Origin: a virus
Lineage: Duplodnaviria; Caudoviricetes
IMG/VR virus record: IMGVR_UViG_3300030099_001449
Location: 1-56,039 of that record
DNA: 56,039 bases
Direction: 5' to 3' (one strand)
Shown: piece by piece, positions 17,399 to 26,094 of the stretch
Position numbering within the stretch: the stretch's first letter is position 1
Layout of the letters: every line of letters starts with the position of its first letter
Position numbers and translations under genes: made by a program
The notes under the pieces: model-generated
What the model was told of the DNA's origin: nothing
Database searches by the model: none
What the model saw: only the letters and a program-made list of their open reading frames with translations

Positions 17399-18310
17399 AT
17401 GGCAGAAGAGCAAGAAGTAAAAGAAAAAGAAGAAATTGAAACTGAGGTCGAGACTGAGGTCGAGACTGAGGTCAAGACTGAGGTTCAGACAGAAACTGAA
17501 GAACAACCAAAAGCAGAAACTGTAACAGAAGAAACTAAAGGTAAAGAAGAAGAGTTAGAGCAATACAGTAAAGGTGTTCAAGCTAGAATAAAAAAATTAA
17601 CTGAAAAATATAGACAGGAAGAAAGAGATAAGAACGAAGCTGTTACTCTTTCTCAAAAACTTATTGAAGAGAATCAAAAGCTAAAAACGAGAGTTCAAGC
17701 TCTAGACTCTGGATTTGTCACAGAATATGGAACTCGTCTGGCGGCTCAAGAGGAGCAAGCTAAAAGGTTATACAAAGAAGCTTATGAAGCTGGTGATGCA
17801 GACAAAATGTCTGAAGCTAATAAAATGTTGGCAGGTGTTGCAGTTGAACAACAAAAGTATAATACAGCTAAAGTTAGGTTGGAACAGCAAGCAAAACAAC
17901 CTCAACAAACAGAACAACAAACCCAGACTCAAGCGCAAACCCAGACTCAAGCACAACCAGATCCAAGAGCGCAAAAGTGGGCCTCTGACAATGACTGGTT
18001 TGGTAATGATAAAATTATGACTACGGCTGCGTTTACCTTACATAATATTCTTACAAATGAAGAAGGGTTTGACGCACAGTCAGAAGAGTACTATAATGAA
18101 ATAGATAAAAGAATACGTTTAGAATTTCCTCATAAATTCTCAACGCCAAAGAAAACGAATGGAACTACACAGGTCGCTTCTGCTGGTAATTCCGCATCTC
18201 GCAGTAGTAAACAGGGGCGCAGGGTGGTTAGGCTAACGCCATCACAAGTTGCAATAGCTAAAAAGCTTGGATTAACACCTGAACAATATGCTAAACATGT
18301 GAAGGATTAG
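17399..18310 (+). CDS. Putative capsid scaffolding protein
   Basis: Acidic N-terminus with ETEV 12-bp repeats, coiled coil and C-terminal LTPSQVAIAKKLG; lies upstream of the capsid gene. Confidence 0.7.
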   Translation: MAEEQEVKEKEEIETEVETEVETEVKTEVQTETEEQPKAETVTEETKGKEEELEQYSKGVQARIKKLTEKYRQEERDKNEAVTLSQKLIEENQKLKTRVQALDSGFVTEYGTRLAAQEEQAKRLYKEAYEAGDADKMSEANKMLAGVAVEQQKYNTAKVRLEQQAKQPQQTEQQTQTQAQTQTQAQPDPRAQKWASDNDWFGNDKIMTTAAFTLHNILTNEEGFDAQSEEYYNEIDKRIRLEFPHKFSTPKKTNGTTQVASAGNSASRSSKQGRRVVRLTPSQVAIAKKLGLTPEQYAKHVKD

Positions 18311-18312
18311 AC

Positions 18313-18774
18313 ATGACCGAACAAAGAGTAAATAGAACTAATGAGACTCGAGATAAACAAACTCGCAGAAAACCTTGGAAACCACCACAGATGTTAGAAG
18401 CACCTAACCCACCAGAAGGATATGTGCATAGATGGATAAGAGTTGCAATGCGTGGAGAGGAAGACAAAATGAATGTTCATTCTAAACTACGTGAAGGATG
18501 GGAACCTGTTCGTGCTGACGAATATCCAGATTATGAAATACCAATTATTGATTCTGGTAAATATCAAGGTGTAATAGGACAAGGTGGTTTGATGTTATGT
18601 AGAATACCTGAAGAAACGGCTCGAGAAAGAAACGAGTATTACGGGGGCCGGACCCGCGAACAAATGACAGCTGTCGATCAGGACTTAATGAAGGAACAAC
18701 ATCCTTCAATGCCTATTAGTAATAGTAGGCAAAGTCGTGTAACCTTTGGAGGAGCAAAAGGCGAATCCAAATAA
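18313..18774 (+). CDS. Hypothetical head-module protein
   Basis: P.PPEGYVHRWIR...REGWEPV motif; position between scaffold and capsid genes. Confidence 0.7.
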   Translation: MTEQRVNRTNETRDKQTRRKPWKPPQMLEAPNPPEGYVHRWIRVAMRGEEDKMNVHSKLREGWEPVRADEYPDYEIPIIDSGKYQGVIGQGGLMLCRIPEETARERNEYYGGRTREQMTAVDQDLMKEQHPSMPISNSRQSRVTFGGAKGESK

Positions 18775-18794
18775 CTTTATAGGAGTGCTTATTA

Positions 18795-19439
18795 ATGGCA
18801 AATTCTAATGGTGCTTTCGGTTTAAGACCGATAGGTAAACTTGGTCAATCGACCAACTCCGTTGGTTTGACTGAATATCGAATAGCCTCAGATAACTCTA
18901 ACCCTATATTTCAGGGGATGGCAGTTATACCTTTAGCAGCTGGTGTAATAGATGACTTACAAGCGGCAGCTGGTGGTACAGTTTCTATCGTAGGAGTTTT
19001 CAATGGTTGTGAGTATGTTTCGTCAACTACTGGAGAGACAGTATTTTCAAATTTCTGGCCCGGTTCTGGTGCAGACTCTAATTTTCCAGTAAGAGCTTTT
19101 TTGTATGATGATCCCGATCAATTATTCGTGATTGCTACATCTAATGTTCAAACAGGTAATGACACAGAGGCTGAACTTAGAACGGCTGTTTTCTCTAATA
19201 TTCAGTTAGCAAATGGAAATAGTGGATCTACTACTACAGGTATTTCTTCTGCGACAGCAGATCTAAATACTGTTGCAACCACCAACTCGCATGCTCTCAG
19301 AATTATGGGTATTCAAGATGATGAATACAATTCTGATTTTACTGCAGCTGGTATCCCTTTAATCGTTCGTATAAACAACCATTTCAATGCACCTACAGGG
19401 TCCATTGCTCAAGGTACTGTTTCTACGACAGGCGTATAG
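18795..19439 (+). CDS. Putative capsid decoration/cement protein
   Basis: FGLRP N-terminus, VFNGCEY and DDPD motifs; AGGAG RBS; immediately before the major capsid gene. Confidence 0.6.
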   Translation: MANSNGAFGLRPIGKLGQSTNSVGLTEYRIASDNSNPIFQGMAVIPLAAGVIDDLQAAAGGTVSIVGVFNGCEYVSSTTGETVFSNFWPGSGADSNFPVRAFLYDDPDQLFVIATSNVQTGNDTEAELRTAVFSNIQLANGNSGSTTTGISSATADLNTVATTNSHALRIMGIQDDEYNSDFTAAGIPLIVRINNHFNAPTGSIAQGTVSTTGV

Positions 19440-19450
19440 GAGACTAAGTA

Positions 19451-20362
19451 ATGGCTATATCTAGAGCGCAATTAGCTAAAGAGCTAGAACCTGGTCTTAA
19501 CGCTTTGTTTGGACTAGAGTACGACAGATACGAAAATCAACATGCTGAAATCTACACAACTGAATCTTCAGATCGTGCATTTGAAGAGGAAGTAATGTTG
19601 TCAGGTTTTGGATCAGCACCAACCAAATCAGAGGGTTCTGCTGTAAATTTTGACGAGGCTAATGAAGCATTTACGGCTCGTTATAACCACGAAACTATCG
19701 CTTTGGCTTTTTCAATTACTGAAGAAGCTATCGAAGACAATCTTTATGATCGTCTTGGATCTCGATACACACGTGCGTTAGCTCGTTCAATGGCACACAC
19801 TAAACAAGTAAAAGCTGCAGCTATTTTAAACAATGCTTTTACAGCCGGTGCTTCAGCCGGTGGAGATGGAGTAGCACTTTGTGCAACAAATCATCCACTT
19901 AGCACTGGAGGAACGTTTGCCAATGAACCATCAACAGCAGCAGATCTAAACGAAACATCTCTCGAGGATGCTTTAATTAGTATTTCTGGTTTTGTAGATG
20001 AGCGTGGTTTAAAAATTGCTTTAAGAGGTATGAAACTTGTTGTTCCAAGACAGTTACAATTTGTAGCTGAAAGGTTATTAGTTTCAAATCTTAGAGTTGG
20101 CACAGCAGACAATGATGTAAATGCTTTGAGATCTATGGGAATGTTACCACAAGGATATACTGTGAACGACTTCCTTACAGATACAGATGCTTTTTTCATT
20201 ACAACTGATGCGCCAAGAGGGTTCATTCATTTTGAACGCTTGGCATTGGCTACTAATATGGAAGCAGATTTTGATACAGGAAACATGAGATTTAAAGCTA
20301 GAGAAAGATATAGCTTTGGTTTTTCTGATCCTCGTTGTGTTTTTGGTTCTCCAGGAGCGTAA
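19451..20362 (+). CDS. Major capsid protein
   Basis: MAISRAQLAKELEPGLNALFG...KARERYSFG; 303 aa; AGGAG RBS; followed by a terminator. Confidence 0.9.
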   Translation: MAISRAQLAKELEPGLNALFGLEYDRYENQHAEIYTTESSDRAFEEEVMLSGFGSAPTKSEGSAVNFDEANEAFTARYNHETIALAFSITEEAIEDNLYDRLGSRYTRALARSMAHTKQVKAAAILNNAFTAGASAGGDGVALCATNHPLSTGGTFANEPSTAADLNETSLEDALISISGFVDERGLKIALRGMKLVVPRQLQFVAERLLVSNLRVGTADNDVNALRSMGMLPQGYTVNDFLTDTDAFFITTDAPRGFIHFERLALATNMEADFDTGNMRFKARERYSFGFSDPRCVFGSPGA

Positions 20363-20413
20363 TCTGTGTTAACATGGGAAAGTGATTAAGAATCATATCT
20401 CCCTATGATGTTG

Positions 20414-20442
20414 AGGGGGTGTTATAAGACACCCCCTTTTTT
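20414..20442 (+). terminator. Intrinsic terminator after the capsid gene
   Basis: AGGGGGTGT-tataag-ACACCCCCT stem followed by a T run. Confidence 0.85.
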
Positions 20443-20497
20443 ATTTTAAAATAAAACTAGAACTAATTCTTTTTTTCTTGTATAGTTTTTATATTAA

Positions 20498-20542
20498 CTT
20501 CTGACAATCACATGGTGTGATTGACTATTGCCAAGACAGGAG
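20498..20542 (+). promoter_or_regulatory. Candidate cis-regulatory RNA structure covering an RBS
   Basis: Inner stem CAATCACA/TGTGATTG; outer stem CTTCTG/CAGGAG; ATG at 20551. Confidence 0.45.
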
Positions 20543-20550
20543 AGTATATT

Positions 20551-21267
20551 ATGGCTGTACATTTTACTGGACCGATTCTTTTCGCAGGGAAAGATGGTCA
20601 AAAGAAGTGGTTTGAAAACCTACCAATAGATACAAATCCAGATTACATGGTTTACATGGATGATTTTACTGGTGTTACCTTAGACAGTACGAACGATTGG
20701 ACTGTTGTAAAAGACAGTAGTGCATCTGTAGCGATAGCAGCAGATGTATTTGGTGGTGCGATAACTATGAGTTCTCAAGCCACAACTGATAACGATGGTT
20801 CCTCTATACAAGGAAATGAAATATTTGCTGTAGCTACAACTAGAGACATTTGGTTTGAAACTAAAATTACCCCAACAGATGCAGAGGGTGATGCAATGGA
20901 CATTTGCATAGGGTTAACTGTAAACTTTGCAACAAATCCAGAGGCTATGCTTACTGCAGCTGATCGTATTGTTTTTCAAATTGATGATGGGGATAGTAAC
21001 ATTGACTGTGTAACTGAAAAAGATGGAACGGCAACCACAACAGATTCTGGTATAGACATTGCTAGTGGGACGGCAGTTACTCTTGGTTTTCATGTGAAGG
21101 GAACAGGTAGTGTTGAGTTTTTTGTTAATAGAAACAAAGTTGCAACTCATACTGCAAATATTCCTGATGATGAAAATTTAGCTTTAGGAGCTATGCAACT
21201 ATCAGGTTCCGCTACTGGAACTAAATCAATGAACGTTGACTATATGTTTGCTGCTCAAAATAGATAA
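20551..21267 (+). CDS. Putative virion structural protein, beta-rich
   Basis: Start MAVHFTGP after CAGGAG; T/D/A-rich; follows the capsid gene. Confidence 0.65.
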   Translation: MAVHFTGPILFAGKDGQKKWFENLPIDTNPDYMVYMDDFTGVTLDSTNDWTVVKDSSASVAIAADVFGGAITMSSQATTDNDGSSIQGNEIFAVATTRDIWFETKITPTDAEGDAMDICIGLTVNFATNPEAMLTAADRIVFQIDDGDSNIDCVTEKDGTATTTDSGIDIASGTAVTLGFHVKGTGSVEFFVNRNKVATHTANIPDDENLALGAMQLSGSATGTKSMNVDYMFAAQNR

Positions 21268-21275
21268 CGGAGGAT

Positions 21276-21503
21276 ATGATGGCTAATAAAAAAAGAGCCA
21301 GAACTGAGTCTGGAAAATTTATTTCCGATAATCCAGATACTCCTAACGTCAATGAAGCTTGGATTACACAAGCAGAAATTTCACCAGAAGGAACTTTGGT
21401 AAAAAATAAATCCTCTATGAGCAAACCGATTACATCTGCGCTTCCTCCCAAAGGAAGCGCACAGTATAAGGCAATGCTTTTAAGGGGAGAGATAAAGGAG
21501 TAA
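21276..21503 (+). CDS. Hypothetical protein
   Basis: GGAGG RBS; RAR..GKFI.D.P.TP.VNEAW motif. Confidence 0.65.
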   Translation: MMANKKRARTESGKFISDNPDTPNVNEAWITQAEISPEGTLVKNKSSMSKPITSALPPKGSAQYKAMLLRGEIKE

Positions 21504-21506
21504 AAC

Positions 21507-21779
21507 ATGGCAGCCTCTATATTTGCAAAAACAGCAACTGCGACAGGAACCTTACAAGGTGGAAGAACTCGGTTAAAAGCATTCTATGTTAAGACAGCTG
21601 GTAGCGGTTCTCCTGCTGTTGTGTTCAAGAATGGAAGTAGTGGTAGCACTTTGTTGTCTATGGTATTTCATCAATCAGATGACAATCAGATAACTATTCC
21701 AGATCATGGAATAATTTTTCCTGATGAGTGTCACGTAACTCTTACCAACATTGACTCTATAACTGGATTTTTTGGCTAG
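21507..21779 (+). CDS. Small putative structural protein
   Basis: AAGGAG RBS; operon position. Confidence 0.7.
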   Translation: MAASIFAKTATATGTLQGGRTRLKAFYVKTAGSGSPAVVFKNGSSGSTLLSMVFHQSDDNQITIPDHGIIFPDECHVTLTNIDSITGFFG

Positions 21780-22082
21780 ATGGCTGAGAAAAGTAAAAAA
21801 GGAAAACAGATACGCAGAACGACTAAAGGAAAGAGTGCCAACTATAGACCCACGAAGAAGGGTGCTGGCATGACTAAAAAGGGAGTAGCTGCGTATCGAA
21901 GAAAAAATCCTGGTTCTAAGTTACAAACTGCTGTAACTGAAAAAAATCCAAAAGGTAAAAGAGCAGCAAGGAGAAAATCCTACTGTGCTAGATCTTTAGG
22001 ACAATTAAAAAGAAGTTCTGCGAAAACTAGGAATGATCCTAATAGCAGAATAAGACAAGCAAGGAGAAGATGGAGATGTTAA
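21780..22082 (+). CDS. Small basic protein (DUF6321-like)
   Basis: GMTKKG...NPGSKL...RRKSYCAR...ARRRWRC. Confidence 0.7.
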   Translation: MAEKSKKGKQIRRTTKGKSANYRPTKKGAGMTKKGVAAYRRKNPGSKLQTAVTEKNPKGKRAARRKSYCARSLGQLKRSSAKTRNDPNSRIRQARRRWRC

Positions 22083-22312
22083 AACAAATATCCATATCCA
22101 TTTTTGTTTTATCTGTTGGTGGCGTTGGAACTATATTCTACACGTGGGGATCTTGGACTACAGAAACCTTAATTAAAGTTGACAAAAGAACTGAAGTTAT
22201 GGAAATTAAACTTAGTAATATAGCAGAACGTCTAAAGGAGATGAAAATTGGCTATATCCAGAAGTCAAATGAAAACTCAAATATCAAAGTCACCTTCACG
22301 GAGGAGAACTAA
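22070..22312 (+). CDS. Small membrane-anchored protein
   Basis: AAGGAG RBS; N-terminal hydrophobic helix. Confidence 0.55.
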   Translation: MEMLKQISISIFVLSVGGVGTIFYTWGSWTTETLIKVDKRTEVMEIKLSNIAERLKEMKIGYIQKSNENSNIKVTFTEEN

Positions 22313-22403
22313 TGCCAAAAGACGCATGTTATCACAAGGTAAAAGCAAGATACAAAGTATTCCCATCAGCTTACGCAAGCGGAGCAATCGCAAAGTGTCG
22401 TAA
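22248..22403 (+). CDS. Hidden TTG-start basic ORF, 51 aa, beginning (M)AISRSQ
   Basis: AAGGAG 7 nt upstream of TTG; open to TAA at 22403; overlaps two other ORFs. Confidence 0.4.
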   Translation: MAISRSQMKTQISKSPSRRRTNAKRRMLSQGKSKIQSIPISLRKRSNRKVS

Positions 22404-22602
22404 AGTAGGAGCCGCTAATTATGGAACTGGTGGTAAGAAAAAGAAAAAGAAGAAAACAATCAAGAAAGCTGAAGGTGGTATTATTGCTGCGATAGATAAT
22501 CCTAAAAGACCACCACCCAAAAAATTTAAACCGGGTGGTGTAGTAGCTGCTGGTTGTGGTGTAGTTGATTCAAGTAAGAGAAAAATAACGAGAACGTTTT
22601 AA
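22312..22602 (+). CDS. Small basic protein
   Basis: GGAGGAG RBS; KDACYHKVK...PSAYASG, poly-Lys, KAEGG and FKPGG motifs. Confidence 0.75.
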   Translation: MPKDACYHKVKARYKVFPSAYASGAIAKCRKVGAANYGTGGKKKKKKKTIKKAEGGIIAAIDNPKRPPPKKFKPGGVVAAGCGVVDSSKRKITRTF

Positions 22603-22883
22603 TGGCTGTGCGAAAGACAAAAGAAGGACTAGCATTAAAGCGTTGGTTTAAGGAAGATTGGAAAGATGTTAAAACAGGGAAAAAATGTGGACGTAGCAAG
22701 GGTGAAAAACGAGGTACTCCATATTGTAGACCTTCTAAAAGAGTTAGTTCTAAAACCCCAAAAACCACTTCAGAAATGACGGCAAGTGAAAAAAGATCCA
22801 GGATTCGACAAAAGAATAAGCTCGGACAACCTGCAGGAAAACCTAGAAGAGTGAAATCATTAAAAAGGAGAAAGAAAAAATGA
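22602..22883 (+). CDS. Small basic protein
   Basis: LKRWFKEDW..V.TGK.CG...PYCRP; TAATG coupling. Confidence 0.75.
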   Translation: MAVRKTKEGLALKRWFKEDWKDVKTGKKCGRSKGEKRGTPYCRPSKRVSSKTPKTTSEMTASEKRSRIRQKNKLGQPAGKPRRVKSLKRRKKK

Positions 22884-23158
22884 TGAGAAAAATGAAAACC
22901 AAAGGTATGCGTGGCGGTGGTAAAGTAAAAACCAAAGGCATGAAGAATGGTGGTAAGGTAAAAACCAAAGGTATGCGTAATGGTGGTAAAGTTATGACCA
23001 AAGGTATGCGTAATGGTGGTAAAGTTATGACCAAAGGTATGCGTAATGGTGGTAAAGTTATGACCAAAGGTATGCGTAATGGTGGTAAAGTGGGTATGTC
23101 ATTGCCGCAACTTAGAGCTGCTGCCAAAAATATGGGTTATAAGATATCTAAAGTCTAA
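22880..23158 (+). CDS. Basic tandem-repeat protein (TKGMRNGGKV x6)
   Basis: AAGGAG RBS; six 11-aa units. Confidence 0.75.
   Translation: MMRKMKTKGMRGGGKVKTKGMKNGGKVKTKGMRNGGKVMTKGMRNGGKVMTKGMRNGGKVMTKGMRNGGKVGMSLPQLRAAAKNMGYKISKV
22895..23092 (+). repeat. 33-bp tandem repeat x6
   Basis: ACCAAAGGTATGCGTAATGGTGGTAAAGTTATG unit; the later copies are essentially identical. Confidence 0.95.
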
Positions 23159-23841
23159 TGTCATATTTAATAAGTAACATTCCACATTTTAAATGTTGGG
23201 TGCGGAGAGAGTTTACATGTAATCATCTTGATTATCATGGAGAATTTCTACATGGATTAGCGATTGCTGTTAATACGATACCTGATAGATGTCTAAGTTT
23301 TCAAGTTGTGTTTACTGGATGTGAGCCAGATGGTGAGCCAGAGGATACAGTCCATGGAGGAGCAATGTGGGCCAGAATGCCTATTACAGCTTTAGTAGCA
23401 GATATACCTCTACAAGAGTGGCCCACCCTCATGGAAACACATTTGGTGCAACCTTGGGATTGTAGCTCTCGTCATCATTCTGTAATTAACATGGAAAGAG
23501 TAAGTTCCTCTCCTTGGATATGTAAAATTGATGGTGAGTTTTATCAGGGTAAATATTTGTTTACTGTTGACTATACAGATAGTCACATTGCAGATGATCC
23601 TGCCCAACACAAACAAAGTCATGTGTTGCAGTTAATGGATGCGGGAGAGTGGACAGGAAATATTGTAGCTTTACCTAACAATAGAGTTAGAGCAACAAGT
23701 CCTGCTTTATGGGAAACAGGAGAAGGACCACCTGATTTTAAACCAAGTCAGCATCTCCACGCTGCAGAAATTCATAATAGTTATCTTGACCCAAGAACAA
23801 CTTTTGATAATTTATATGCAGATTATGATGAGGATGATTAA
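23158..23841 (+). CDS. Cys/His/Trp-rich enzyme-like protein of unknown function
   Basis: HGGAMWARMPI, QPWDC, YLFTVD, HKQSH and PNNR motifs; TAATG coupling. Confidence 0.7.
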   Translation: MSYLISNIPHFKCWVRREFTCNHLDYHGEFLHGLAIAVNTIPDRCLSFQVVFTGCEPDGEPEDTVHGGAMWARMPITALVADIPLQEWPTLMETHLVQPWDCSSRHHSVINMERVSSSPWICKIDGEFYQGKYLFTVDYTDSHIADDPAQHKQSHVLQLMDAGEWTGNIVALPNNRVRATSPALWETGEGPPDFKPSQHLHAAEIHNSYLDPRTTFDNLYADYDEDD

Positions 23842-23842
23842 T

Positions 23843-24067
23843 ATGATAAGATTTTTAAAAAATATATTAATATCAATATCGGACACACTTATGTCTATAG
23901 CTGCATCTTTACCGGGGGTAAAGAAAAAAGAAAACGATGAGCCTAAGTATTTAGGTGGTGGTGCTAGCACAGAAGTTCCACAATCTTTTCATGTAGATAA
24001 AGAAAAATTAAAACGAGGAAGACCAAAAGGAGTTAAAAATGACAAAAAAGTTAAAACCCGTAAATAA
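23843..24067 (+). CDS. Hypothetical protein with AT-hook-like KRGRPK
   Basis: GAGGA RBS before MIRFLK. Confidence 0.5.
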   Translation: MIRFLKNILISISDTLMSIAASLPGVKKKENDEPKYLGGGASTEVPQSFHVDKEKLKRGRPKGVKNDKKVKTRK

Positions 24068-24227
24068 AATGGAAAACCCCGGATTGGCTAAATTACCTCC
24101 AGATGTTCGTAATAAAATGGGTTATATGAAAAAAGGCGGTGTAGTCAAAGGAATGAGGGGTGGAGGAATAATACAAGGAACTCCCAAGATACAATTATCT
24201 GGAAAGATGTTTAAAGGAATATTTTAA
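24039..24227 (+). CDS. Small basic protein with two MxxGG motifs
   Basis: AAGGAG RBS; NPGLAKLP..VRNKMGYMKKGG...MRGGG. Confidence 0.7.
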   Translation: MTKKLKPVNKMENPGLAKLPPDVRNKMGYMKKGGVVKGMRGGGIIQGTPKIQLSGKMFKGIF

Positions 24228-24895
24228 TGACTACTTCTGGTTCAAGAGATTTTAATCTAGATGTTGGTGAAATTATTGAAGAGGCATATGAAAGGTGTGG
24301 CTTAGAGGTAAGAACTGGTTATGACGCTAGAACTGCTAGACGATCTTTAAATTTGATGTTTGCAGAGTGGGCCAATCGTGGTCTAAATCTTTGGACAGTT
24401 AAATCAGAAACATTGTCTTTAACTAAAGGAACCTCTTCGTATACCTTTACAGCAGACGACATAGTCGATTTATTAGAAGTTACTTTGAGAAGAAATGGCA
24501 CTGATTTTGATTTACAAAGAATTAGTAGAGGAGAGTATGCTACGATACCAAACAAAACGACACAAGGAAGACCTAGTCAATATTACTTTGATAGACAAGT
24601 AGCACCAATTATAAACTTGTGGTCAGTTCCAGAAAACTCTACTGACACAATAGAATATTATTACGTTCGAAGAATACAAGACGCTGATACATTAACGAAT
24701 ACCACGGATATGCCCTTTCGTTTTTTCCCTTGCATGGTAGCAGGGCTAGCTTACTATTTATCTTTAAAACGTGCGCCAGAACGCATACAAATTTTAAAAA
24801 CAGTATATGAAGAAGAGTTTCAACGTGCTGCAGATGAGGATGAGGGTAGAACGCCTTTAAAACTTCAACCTAGTCTAAGTTATTTGAGGGTATAA
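24227..24895 (+). CDS. Putative head-tail adaptor protein
   Basis: ARRSLNLMFAEWANRGLNLW and GRPSQYY motifs; position. Confidence 0.65.
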   Translation: MTTSGSRDFNLDVGEIIEEAYERCGLEVRTGYDARTARRSLNLMFAEWANRGLNLWTVKSETLSLTKGTSSYTFTADDIVDLLEVTLRRNGTDFDLQRISRGEYATIPNKTTQGRPSQYYFDRQVAPIINLWSVPENSTDTIEYYYVRRIQDADTLTNTTDMPFRFFPCMVAGLAYYLSLKRAPERIQILKTVYEEEFQRAADEDEGRTPLKLQPSLSYLRV

Positions 24896-25434
24896 TGCCA
24901 TATGCTAGTGGTAAAAGAGCTTTTGGAATATCAGATAGATCTGGATTTAGATATAGATTAAGAGATATGAAAAAAGAGTGGACTGGATCTTTAGTAGGTC
25001 CAGATGAGTTTGAGTCCAAACATCCACAGTTAACACCACCTAAAGTTTACCCTGATCCACAAGCTTTAAGAGATGCTCGTCCAGAACCTAATCTTGTTGA
25101 GGAAAGGTCAATACAACATGGATTTAATCCTGTAGGATTTAGAGACATAATTGGACTAACTCCTTTGAATAATCTTGCTCCTATAGGAGAGGTGGGAGAT
25201 ATAACTATTACAATAACTCCTTTTATTGGAAACACAGCAAATGTTACGGGAGTTCAAGGTGCTTCTGCAATAGGAACTGTTGACATAACTGTTCCAGATG
25301 AAGATGAAAATGTAAATGTAACAGGTGTTTCAGCCACTAGTGCAGTGGGATCGACAACAATATCTGCAGCACCGTCTTTTGATAGCACTGTAGTAACACT
25401 TGATTCAACAACTGATACTTTTGACGAGGGATAG
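24895..25434 (+). CDS. Tail-region protein
   Basis: ISDRSGFRY N-terminus; VTGV repeats; C-terminal FDST..TLDST..TFD. Confidence 0.65.
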   Translation: MPYASGKRAFGISDRSGFRYRLRDMKKEWTGSLVGPDEFESKHPQLTPPKVYPDPQALRDARPEPNLVEERSIQHGFNPVGFRDIIGLTPLNNLAPIGEVGDITITITPFIGNTANVTGVQGASAIGTVDITVPDEDENVNVTGVSATSAVGSTTISAAPSFDSTVVTLDSTTDTFDEG

Positions 25435-25436
25435 AA

Positions 25437-26090
25437 ATGGCAAAACAAACAGTAGGAATAGGAAGCAGTGCTAATGATGGCACAGGAGATACTTTAAGAA
25501 ATGGTGCAGATAAAATTAATGATAATTTTAATGAAATCTATGCTGCTTTGGGAAATAGTTCTAATGTTTTAACTGATATTATTGATAGTGCAGGTCTTTT
25601 TGACGTTAGTTCTGGTGCAAATAAAATTGTATTTTATTATGCTAATCTTAGTGATTTACCCAGTGCTTCAACCTATCACGGAGCTGTGGCTCATGTCCAT
25701 GCTACAGGGGGTTTATACTTCGCACATGGGGGGGCATGGATAAGGTTAAATGATGAGACAACAGGGCCTGTTACTAAATACACGGCAGGTGTTAATGGTT
25801 CTTCAGCTTACACCTTTACTGGTCCCGGAGCTACTTCAGGAGACAATCCCAACTTTACTTTTTATAAAGGACATACTTACCTTATAGATAATACGGCTAA
25901 TGTTGGAAGTCATCCACTAAAAATTAGAACGTCTTCAGGTGGATCTGATTTTACTACAGGTGTTACAGAAAACTATAACTCAACTACAGGACTCACTCAA
26001 TTTATTGTGCCACATGAGCCTTCTGATACCTCCTTGGTATATCAGTGTTCAAATCATTCAAGCATGGTAGGAAACATAACGATAGTGTGA
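25437..26090 (+). CDS. Structural protein with T4-like baseplate/fibre N-terminal motif and cupredoxin-like C-terminus
   Basis: ANDGTGDTLR...KINDNF.EIY; HP...YQCSNHSSM. Confidence 0.65.
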   Translation: MAKQTVGIGSSANDGTGDTLRNGADKINDNFNEIYAALGNSSNVLTDIIDSAGLFDVSSGANKIVFYYANLSDLPSASTYHGAVAHVHATGGLYFAHGGAWIRLNDETTGPVTKYTAGVNGSSAYTFTGPGATSGDNPNFTFYKGHTYLIDNTANVGSHPLKIRTSSGGSDFTTGVTENYNSTTGLTQFIVPHEPSDTSLVYQCSNHSSMVGNITIV

Positions 26091-26094
26091 TATT

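Noticed and set aside
20371-20412. Imperfect hairpin between the capsid stop and the terminator as a separate ncRNA
   Set aside because: Short interrupted stems in AT-rich sequence; cannot be distinguished from chance
20501-20545. Hammerhead ribozyme suggested by CTGA
   Set aside because: Lacks the CUGANGA and GAAA core
22895-23092. Possible CRISPR array (33-bp period)
   Set aside because: Units are contiguous with no unique spacers and are in-frame coding; no cas genes
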